From: the human T2T-CHM13v2.0 reference genome, Homo sapiens
DNA length: 64,000 bases
Reading direction: 5' to 3' (one strand)
Assembly: GCF_009914755.1 (NCBI RefSeq)
Contig: NC_060928.1
The notes under the pieces were generated by a model. The model saw only the letters and a program-made list of their open reading frames with translations. It made no database searches and had not been told where the DNA came from. Both the position numbers and the translations under genes were made by a program. Every line of letters begins with the position of its first letter. Position 1 is the stretch's first letter. This document shows positions 53,541 to 64,000 of the stretch, one piece after another.

Positions 53541-53824
53541 TTTTTTTTTTTGCCAAAAGTCGATTTAGTAACAGTTGTCCCATTCATTCCAATTACCAGC
53601 AATAGAGTTATTCGAATTAATGTAGTATAATATAAAATGTAAAACAAAAAATAAATATAAAGTCATTTAAACAGTATTACTGATGTAGCATAGCAGTTAG
53701 AATAGACTTGCATTCCTTAAAATACAAGCTACTTAACCACTGAAACGCTTTACCCATTGAAGAACAATCATAAAAAGGGGTAATGGAAAAAATTGTTAAA
53801 AAATTAAATTAAATATATGTTCAG

Positions 53825-54054
53825 ATAATAGATATTTAAATATCTATTTAATATTTATTTAAATAATATTATTTAATAAATAGATATTTAATATCTATTT
53901 ATTAAATAATAGATATTTAATATCTATTTATTAAATAATAGATATTTAATATCTATTTATTAAATAATAGATATTTAATATCTATTTATTAAATAATAGA
54001 TATTTAAAAGTATATTTTAAATATACTTTATTTAAATAGATATTTAAAAGTATA
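53825..54054. repeat. AT-rich minisatellite with a 29-bp palindromic unit
   Basis: Unit aatagatatttaatatctatttattaaat. 'tagat' recurs at 53881, 53910, 53939, 53968 and 53997. Confidence 0.95.
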
Positions 54055-54332
54055 ATTCCCTGAAAATATAATAATAAAATTTCAAAAAATAAATTATAAA
54101 TGTAATTTTGGGGAAATGTGAAGTAAATACAAGCACTGTTAGTTTTCCTGAACTAGCTAATAAAGGCAGATAATTCACCTTGGTATGTGAAAACACAGAG
54201 TATTTTCTTTGGACAAGGGATAGTAAGCCTTCTTCTGAAATAATATTATTGTACCATTTAAAAAATTCCAGATAAAAGTAAATTTAATTAAAAAAATAAG
54301 AATATAAGAATTGTTTAGTAACTATGAAATTC

Positions 54333-55103
<771 letters not shown>

Positions 55104-56204
55104 CCTGTTCTTACTCTAAAGCAAAAATTGTTTCTAGAGAACAATTTTCAGTTCTAAGGAAGTTAGCTTTAATGCATGATGTATTTCATGCTGTAGGAAG
55201 CAGTATTTTACGGTGCTTTGAAGGGTGGGGACTCTGGAACCCAGCTGTGCCACCAAACAGCACTATGCCTAATACATAATGGGAACTCAATAAATATTAG
55301 CTGATATTGCTATTGAGATTTTTGTGAGTCTTGTAATTTTAAACTACAAAGATTAATCTACAAACAAAAAAAGATAACTCTGCTGTTTACTCTGAAGCCA
55401 TAGATTCACACCCTTAGGAATGACAAAGTAAGACAAAGGAGACAGAAAGCTGAACAGATCTGCTTGTTTCTTAAGCTTGATGGATCTTGCAAGGGCCTGA
55501 AGCAGGAGACAGAGTTTGGTGTAGGATTTCAAACTCTTTTCATTAAATACAGAGCTTGTTCAAAAGTGTCACAGTTCCCCTGTGTTTGTAACTACTCAGT
55601 AAATATTAAACAATCAATGAACTCTTAACTTCCTCTTTGTTCCTCTACCCTGTGGACAAAATGCAGGGGTTCCTTGAAACCTGCTCTCAGAAACCTATTG
55701 ACTTGAGCCCTCTCTTCATATTGGAAGGATTCACTTCCTGGGATGGGTCAAAAAGCTGAAGAACCTGCAGAAACAAATGTCTGAATCCAGTCTTCTCTTA
55801 TTATAGCCCAAATATCAACTGCCATTATTTATCCTGGGATTTCTCTGAATTCGCTTTTATTCCCCTTGGTGTTCCATACATACAAACATCAAATGAAGAT
55901 AGTTTACCATCTTGTACAATTTTTACTAAATTAAATGCGCTGTTAGGGAATCTAAAAAGGGGAAAAACAGAATGTTGGATTATTTGTGAACTTACGTAAC
56001 TTGGAATAAAACTATAATAAAAAAATTGATGGTTTTCCTTCTTCTATCATTCCATATTAATTTCAAAGTGAAATTTGGTGAATTATACTTTGTACAAATT
56101 TCATATTTCATTGTCTTATTATATATGTATGTGACTATATATGTTTGTATAATGTGTATATATATATACATAAATATATTTCATTATTTTTCTGAAAGAA
56201 AGAC

Positions 56205-56437
56205 CAAGGTTAGAAAAGTTTGTTCCTATAGTACCAGAGAGTATATATTGTAAGCTTTGTGGGCCACATCTAATCTTTGTCACATATTTATTCTTCTGTG
56301 TTTTGTTTTTGTTTGTTTCTTTCACTTTGTTTGTTTTGCAACCCTTTAAACTTGTAAGCAACATTCTTAACAAGTTGGCCTTAAAAAAACAGGCTGCTGC
56401 TGAATGCGGCCCTGGAGCTGTAATTTGCTGACTCTTA
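56205..56437. mobile_element. MER58-like hAT DNA transposon
   Basis: ccagagagtatatattgtaagctttgtgggccaca...caaccctttaaacttgtaa...gtaatttgctgactc. Confidence 0.8.
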
Positions 56438-56634
56438 AGTTAGATGCTACATGCACCTGAAAACAAGCATGCTGAGAGTGAAGATGCAGAGGGAATGGGA
56501 TACATGAAAGAGATAAAACTTGTTTTTTTGTTCTTCTGATGCTGAAAACAGTGAAGAAAAAATATGTACTGAATGGACTTACATTTTCTGCCACTGAAAA
56601 TACATACTTAGCAATATTCAAATTTCTACACATA

Positions 56635-57697
56635 CTGGTGACTCTACAGTGTCTCCCCCATCCCCCAAGTGATCCCTGCTGCCTGGAATTCAAGTTCATG
56701 CTGTCCCCTCCCATGAAATGTGTACTAGGTTTTCTGATTCATTTCCAAAAATTAGAATATTAAAGAAGACATGGGATGTCAATCCTGAAATTGGGTTTTG
56801 AAATAACTATGGCTTTCATTATGGATGTTTTTTCCTGTTTTTTTTTCCCCTCAGCTCCCTTGATCTGGAGAAATAAGCTGTCATGTTGTGAACAGACCTA
56901 TAGAGGGGCCTGTGTGGTGAGGAATTGGGTCTCTAGCTTACAGCAACTTGATTTGCCAAAACACACGAGGGTGAACTTTGTAATGAAGCCTTTGCCAGTC
57001 AAGCCTTGAGAGAACCACAGACCTGTGATGGTTAATTTCATGTGTCAACTTGGCTGGGCCATGGTGCCTAGATACGCAGTCAAACATTATTCTGAATATT
57101 TCTGTGATGGTGTTTTGTTTTTTCTTTCTTTCTTTTTTTTTTTTTTTTTTTTTTTGGATGATATAACATTTTAGTCAGTGGACTTCAAATAAAGCAGATT
57201 CTCTTCCATAATATGGGTGGGTTTTATCCAATCCATAGAAGACCTTAATAGAACAAAAACTGACCTCCCCAAGCAGGAAGAAATCTTGCCAGCAGACTGC
57301 CTTTGGATTCAAACTGCAACTCTACTCTGAATCTCCAGTCTGCCTGCTTGGCCCATCAGAATTTGAAATCCCTAAACCTCTGCAATCACATTAACCAATT
57401 CCTTAAAATAAATCTCTCTCTGTCTCTGCCTCTCTCTCTCTCTTTTCATACAACCTGCACCAACACAGACACACACCCCCTCTTGGTTTTGTCATTCTGG
57501 AGAACCCTGACTAATACAGGCTAATACAGGCTCCATCTGACAGCTTGACTACAAACTACTGAAGACATGAGCTCCAGGCGCACAGCCAAGTTGCACCTGC
57601 ATTCTTGATCCACAAAAAATGTAAGATCATAAATGGTTTTTGATCTATCTGCTGAATTGTGTGGTAATTTGTTACATAGCAACAGATAACTATCACA
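56635..57697 (+). mobile_element. MLT1F-like LTR split by MLT2
   Basis: gtgatccctgctgcctgg...agctgtcatgttgtga...ccagtcaagccttgaga [insert] tgacagcttgact...gtggtaatttgttacatagcaacagataac. Confidence 0.8.
57024..57518 (+). mobile_element. MLT2B-like ERVL solo LTR
   Basis: tgtgatggttaatttcatgtgtcaacttggctgggcc...ccaattccttaaaataaatctctc...ggagaaccctgactaataca. Confidence 0.9.
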
Positions 57698-57875
57698 AAT
57701 ATGCTTATATGTGTATATAGATCTAGCTTTTTAAAATATTTTTACTTCTTCTTTTGAGAAAGCATATTCTCAAAATATATTTGCCCCTAGTGTCTAAAAC
57801 ATATATCAAGAATTTGTAGATATAAATCAATTATTTTTTGTCAGTTGATTTATATTTAGAGATTTATTTTTATTG

Positions 57876-58038
57876 ATTTTTTAAACTTTTATTTTAAGTT
57901 CATGGGTACATGTGTAGGTTTGTTACTATGTAAACTTGTGTCATGGGGTTTTGCTGTACAAATTATATCATCACCCAGTTATTAAGCCTAGTTCCCAGTA
58001 GTTATTTTTCTTGATCTTCTCCCTCTTTTCACCCTCCA
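57876..58038 (-). mobile_element. Older L1PA (about PA13-like) 3' end fragment
   Basis: aacttttattttaagttcatgggtacatgtgtaggtttgttac...catcacccagttattaagcctag. Confidence 0.8.
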
Positions 58039-59078
58039 GATTTAGTCATCTTTTGCTGTGAAATGTAATCCAAATATTTCCATTTTGACTTCTATATTCT
58101 TAAACATTTTTTATCACTTAGCCATATCCTGAGCATTTGGTTTTACATAAAATATAAGAAATGTTTATGGCTTACGGAACAGACTAGGTGGTTATTTTCT
58201 CACCATCCTCTTGGACAGAATAAAGGCACTTTGAGATAGAGCTGGAATCCTGTGGCATCATCTTTGTGATCAGGCATGGCCACTCAGAACAAAACCTCAT
58301 GATTTCATTATGTTCTGATCTACAGTGGTACCGACTGAAATGATTATTCTGCCTATACCTGGAAGATAATTAGCTTCAAGTAAGATAATTGAAGATAATC
58401 AAATTCATAATAAAATATCTAATTCACTGCTTATATGGTTAACATTAATTCAACCTACATGTTACAGATACTTTCATTAAGTGTTGTTGGGCATTTGACA
58501 ATGGGCAGGTACTTCAAAGGTAAGTAAGACATACTTCCTACAACTAGTTATCTCATGTATTAGTATGTGGTTCAGATACAGGAAACAGAGTTTTGAGTAG
58601 AATTTTCTAGTTGTTTGGAATTCCTGAGTTGTTTCTCAAGTAAAGATAAGATGCTGTTTGGTATTCTATATCCTAAAATACTTGCCAACAATGGAAACTA
58701 GACCCTACCTTCATCCCTACTGAGAAGCAGCCTAGCTAGCTCTCCTATTTTCAACTATCACTTACATTAACCTTCCAGTTCATTTATAAAAATAACTTTT
58801 GAAAGAAAGAAAAAAATCCTGTCAGAATCTTGGTATGTTAGCCTCCTGGAGACTATAATAGCTCTCCACACTGACCTTCACCAAAAGAACTAAATGGGTT
58901 AAAAGACACCAACAGAAACTTTTGAAGAGATAAGAGGATCTCAGGAAAGGGGATGTTGCCTTTTCACTCCCCAGATGCATGCTGAAGAGCAAAGACAGAG
59001 TCGAACCTGATTCAGTCATGAAGCAGAGTAGGCATGGTGATGAAGATCTTGGGAGATTTTGAGGTATATATGAAAACT

Positions 59079-59143
59079 GAGAGAGAGCGAGCGAGAGAGA
59101 GAGAGACAGAGATGCAGAAAGACAGACAGAGACAGAGAGAGAG
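59079..59143. repeat. (GA)n / (GACA)n tract
   Basis: Read directly. Confidence 0.85.
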
Positions 59144-60536
59144 TGCATGTGTTGCCTGTCAATCAATGCAGACTTATAAAGGCAGGAGATTTGCTTGAGC
59201 TGTCAGTAGAGTAATTGGTTTATTGTGCCTAAGGAAAAAAAATGAAGTGACTCTCACATAAGTTTCTCACAGCCTTCTGCAACTATAGAAAAGGACACAA
59301 TGGTTCTTCTGGCTTCATGAGAACAATCATGGAGTTAATTAGGACCAGGAGCTAAGAAGCTGGTGTGATAGTTCCAAACCAGTTGAATCTATGAATCTTT
59401 CTATCAGGGCATTGGAAAAATGGACCCTTGGTATGAGATAATAGGTATGACGACCTGAGAGCCTTCTTGGTGAAAGGTGTGACCAACATAGATATTGTCC
59501 AGGAAAATCGCATGTATTTTTGACATAAGAATGTCTCTAGATTGGGCTCTCAGTTCTGTAAGCAAATAGAAACTAACTGAGCAAACAAAGAATAATTCAG
59601 GCTTTTCAACAAAGGGTTACCAGGCATGTAAAATAACTTTTGCCATCATTCCCATTCTCCCAGCCCCCCATACTCTTAACACACATAATGGGGTACAAGG
59701 ACACTGCATCTCAGAACCCAGACCACAGACCCTCAATATCTAAGTTACAAGAGTGGGAGGAGCAAACCTGAAGCAATGAGTGGGGCTATAGTTGCTCAAC
59801 TGATGAGCTCTTGACTAACAGTAGATGGTGGAGCCCAGGAGGTGTGTCTTCTAGGGAACTTAACTTAAACCCGCCTCAAGAGAAGGAGATATCAGAGGCA
59901 ACCTTATTTCTTAAGCTAAAGAATATAATGGGATTCTCATGCTGTGAAAGGAAGTTGGAAATAGCTAAAATTGATCCTTGTCTCTAACTATAGCTTATGT
60001 AATACTGTACACTTCAAAAGGTAGAGAAAAATTTACTACATCTTTGGCTATAGTATAGGCCAAGCTTCCCAATGGCTCAGAGACTGTATTTACAACATTT
60101 TCAATAACACAGTGGGGACAGCAGCTTGAGCCACTGAAATGAGAATTGGATACAGACTAGGGTCCACGTGGATCAAAGGAGGAAAACACACAATTATTAC
60201 AGGAATGAACACAAGAAGAATAGAACAAAACTGAATAAATATCCCCCTTAAGACAAGCCTGCATACAGAAATTCCAAAGCCCATGAGGAAAAATAAAGCT
60301 TTGATGAAACTAGGTAAACATTAAGTGGAAGACCACTCCAAATGAAAGAGAAAATAAAATAATAACTTTAAAAAATGATATCACAATAGTATACAGAAAA
60401 TGGACAAAAAAGAATAATATTTACAAATAAATCCAAAAAATCAATGAGCAAATAAAGGCAGAAAATACATCAGTGTAGGTGGATATAAAAAGTAATCAAC
60501 TAGAAATTCTTGAAATGAAAAAAATCAGTCACTAAT

Positions 60537-60950
60537 TATTTAACTCGTTTTCTGCTGCTTTAACTGAATACCACTGATGGGATCATTTAAAAAGCAAAAA
60601 AGAGAAAGATTTATTTGTCTCATGGTTCTAGAGGCTGGGAAGTCCAAGGGCATTGTGCCATCATCTGCTTGGCCACCTGATGTGCGTCTTCGTACTGCAT
60701 TATTCCATGGTAGAAAGCAGAAAGACAAGTGAGCACAGTAGACAAAGAGGAAATGGGGGTCAAACTCATTCTTTCGTTTGGAGCTCATTCTTGAGACAAC
60801 TAACCTATACCCATGATAAAGGCATTAATCCATTCATGAGTGCAGAACCCTCATGACCTAATCACATCTTAAAGTCCCCACCCCCCAACACTGTTACAAT
60901 GACAATTAAATTTAAAAATGAGTTTTGGAGGAGACATTCAAACTACAGAA
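60537..60950 (-). mobile_element. MSTC-like solo LTR
   Basis: catggttctagaggctgggaagtccaaggg...ggcattaatccattcatgag...ccctcatgacctaatcac...gacattcaaactacaga. The flanks are A-rich and resemble old L1/HAL1 ORF1. Confidence 0.85.
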
Positions 60951-63139
60951 TTAGTATATACAACTCAATAGCTGTTATAACCTCTGGATACAAGAATTGG
61001 TAAATTAGAATATAGTTCTCTGGAGTGCACCTACCACAACAGATAAAACCAAAAGTGTAAATAGGTAGCAAACAGATGGACAGATGAACAGAGAGACAGA
61101 GATAGAGACATAAAAGAATAATTTATTGAGGGGAAATCTTCAGTTTTGATGTTGTTCCATGTTTCTGAATCTCTATAGACTGTTACTATAACTTCTTTGT
61201 TCATTTAGTCATTCCTCCCTAGGGGATGTGTATAGTCATTGTATGATTGATAAATTTGGGAAGAATAATTAGGCATGCTTTGATGAGGTCCTACCCCTTT
61301 CTCTCAGAGTGGGGCCAGGGGTGGATGTGTGAGATGTTTCAAGGAGCCAGAAATCTCCTCCACTTTTCCAAAAGGCTTACATGACTCCTCCCATATAGAG
61401 AAGTCTGCCCCAAGGTCAGCACTTTCAGGTCCAGATGGAGAAGTCTGATTAGTTCTACAGATCCTTGTTAGGAAACCCATGTGATTAACATACACGGTCA
61501 TGTCCTCCAGCCTGGCCTCTATCAGTAAGAGAGGAGTTCTTTGGCCTCCATATGCCATCCGTATGTTTTATGTCTCAAATGCTTTAGAACCCAAGCAGGA
61601 AAAATGGGAGTAATTTAAGAGTAGCCTGCCAGAAATCCCATTACTAGCATGGAGACTATGTGTGTATATGTATTTGTCAATTGCGTTTCTTTCTTGGTCT
61701 CCTCCTTTATCAACATTTTACTCCATTGATAAGTTTGTACAGAGGTCTAAATCTGCTGTGTCTTTTGTGGGGTTGGAATAACATATGTTAGAACATTTCT
61801 GGCAGCTGTGTCCATTTTTCCTAAGAGCCCCGAGGAATCAATTTGTCAGTAGTTTGATTGTTCTCTCTGTTTGACAAAGAAGAGCACAGGGGACATGGCA
61901 AAGTTTTGGGTACTGTGGGATCATCACTGTTTGGATTATATAAATCTCACCACCTTCTGTTAAAAAGGATTCACCAGACTCCTTTATTTCCCAGTGTTTA
62001 ACAAATGGGATTTTCTCTGAAAGCTACCTGGGTTTTTTTACAGTATCTGAGCCTTATTCTCTTGATGCGTTAAAACGAATTCATAGTGAGCAATGGGTAT
62101 TCAATCAAGAGAAAACAATTCACTGAACTCTGAACACAGCTGGGACTCCTCAAAGCTAGCACCCCTTATAGAGTGTTCTGAGATTTTATATTCATATCTA
62201 TGCCTAACTGAAGCAGAATGGATGAGTTCTGGCCCTTGCTGGCAGCCTGACAATGGCTCTGTATCTCTAATATATCTTCACATACATATTGTACCAAACA
62301 GAAAACTCCTTATATAAATAGTCCCATAAGAAAGTCATTTATAACATAATCATAAATATACGAACTTCAGATACATAACTTCATCTACATGATGCTCCAT
62401 ATGCAATCCTATGGATCAATCATCATTTTCCAATTCTCATGGCCAGCCTGTTTACCCTACCCCAAGAAAATATCATACCCACACCCCAATTCAATTGACC
62501 TACAGCTTAGAAATTGCTATTTGCCTTCAGTTAGGCACCAAATCTACTAAAAGTGCAATGCTAGACCTTATACTTTGCTTTCTCCTTAGTTTGTATTGGG
62601 CAGTTGATTCTGATATTCAGCCTTCACTCTAATCATATCCTTGGGCCAAAGACTAGTATGGCAGAAGATAAAAGAGTTATCTGTGTTCAAACCACAGAAA
62701 GCTATTGAGCATGGTCTGGAATATGTGCTGTTATTAAGGCAAAGTCTTAATGCATAAACTGATAAATGTGAGAGATGTGAGAAAGAAGATAGTATCACCC
62801 ACTGGCTCAGACATAAACCGTTAGGGTTTTCATTCTGTCTTTTCAATGTCTTTTCATTCCAATAACTTGTTGAGCTCAAGAAACTCAGGTGCTAAGTTCT
62901 ATCATATGCTTTCCCTTTTGGCTTCTCATATATAAACAATGGAAAGATATTTTATAACCAAGTGAATAAACATAGGTGACAACAATTTGAAACAAAGAAG
63001 TAATTAAAAAAGAGCTGTAGAATTTGACTCAAACAACCCAGATTAAAGAATATTACTCAATAAAAATTAAGCATTGTAAACTCAAGACTCAGTTTCCTGG
63101 ACACAGGATAGAAGTTAACTAAATGTTTTCTTTCTTCAT

Positions 63140-63487
63140 TTAATAGCACATTCTCTTTGTATCTCTCTATTCAAATTCTCCTCTTACAAAGACAGCAGTC
63201 ATATTGAATTTAGGGTCAACTTGAACCAACTATAATGTCACATTAACCTAATTACATCTACAAAGACCTTATTTATTTTTCTTTTTTTTCTTTGTGAGAT
63301 GGGATCTCACTCTGTCACCCAGGTTGGAGTGCAGTGGCTCGATCTCAGCTCCCTGCAAACTCCGCCTCCTGGGCTCAAGTGATCCTTTCACCTCAGCCTC
63401 CTGAGTAGACCTTATTTCTATGTAATATCATATTCATAGGTTCTGGGAAAAGGTAAGTTTTGCAGGATACTGTTCAATTGACTATAA
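63140..63487 (-). mobile_element. MLT1B-like LTR fragment interrupted by an Alu
   Basis: ctcttacaaagacagcagtcatattgaatttaggg...attacatctacaaagaccttattt...tattcataggttctggg. Confidence 0.7.
63275..63408 (-). mobile_element. AluJ-like right-arm fragment, 5'-truncated
   Basis: cctgggctcaagtgatcctttcacctcagcc. TSD agaccttattt at 63264-63274 and 63407-63417. Confidence 0.9.
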
Positions 63488-63956
63488 GTGTCATATAAAA
63501 CCTTGTGAGCTTTTAGAAATTCAAGTGACCCCTTTTAACGTTGTGAATAACTCTTGTACCTCCTACACAGGCAGAGGTTTAAGGGGTAGACATTTTCCAT
63601 ACTTGGCACAATTTCTCTGGATTGATAGAACTACCACAGTGTAATTCTTTTAATCTGTCATCAAAATTAGCACAAGCAGATGGGTGCACTTTCACAAGGC
63701 TTCATGAGAAGGTAAAATGACTGATAGCCCATGGTGGTTGAAAGTACTTATGTAAGAAATACCCTCTAAAAGCTTAAAGAAAGACTTAAGAAGATGCTGG
63801 GAGAAAGGAAAGTGTGGGGAAGGGGCTACATGTCCATCAATAGAAGGGGGACAGAGTATCGTGATAAAAGAAAAATATATATTCCATAAGATGAAAAACA
63901 TAGTCCCAAAGATGAAGTGAACCCATTCCTCCTAAGTCTTCATTTTATAACTGAAA

Positions 63957-63958
<2 letters not shown>

Positions 63959-64000
<42 letters not shown>
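63959..64000. repeat. (AC)n microsatellite, runs off the window end
   Basis: Read directly. Confidence 0.97.

Noticed and set aside
53879-54008. 29-bp palindromic repeats superficially like a CRISPR array
   Set aside because: The units are head-to-tail with no spacers, there are no cas genes, and the context is primate.
61250-62330. Unassigned moderately GC-richer block with 74-84 aa ORFs
   Set aside because: No recognisable domain or repeat family. It may be an ancient repeat, but I cannot support a call.

Overview
This window is AT-rich, CpG-depleted catarrhine primate (human-like) nuclear DNA, either intergenic or deep intronic. It is not prokaryotic. I found no credible protein-coding gene, RNA gene, CpG island or CRISPR array. 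All listed ORFs are best explained as chance ORFs or translations of Alu, L1, LTR or simple repeats. The window is mostly transposon relics: about 10 Alus, one 5'-inverted L1PA15/16-like insertion, a two-LTR MST provirus carrying a nested THE1 LTR inside a MER5 element, several MaLR/ERVL/ERV1 solo LTRs, hAT DNA transposons, and MIR/L2 fragments, plus microsatellites. Repeat family names come from recalled consensus sequences rather than a search, so subfamily calls and boundaries of old elements are approximate. I see no evidence of a new biological system. The structures not explained by ordinary repeat annotation are a ~98-bp inverted duplication (28452-28549 vs 29747-29845) with a 34-bp direct copy inside its spacer, a palindromic 29-bp AT minisatellite, a close inverted Alu pair with a mosaic member, a 660-bp pyrimidine tract with internal duplication, and a PBX-MEIS motif cluster.
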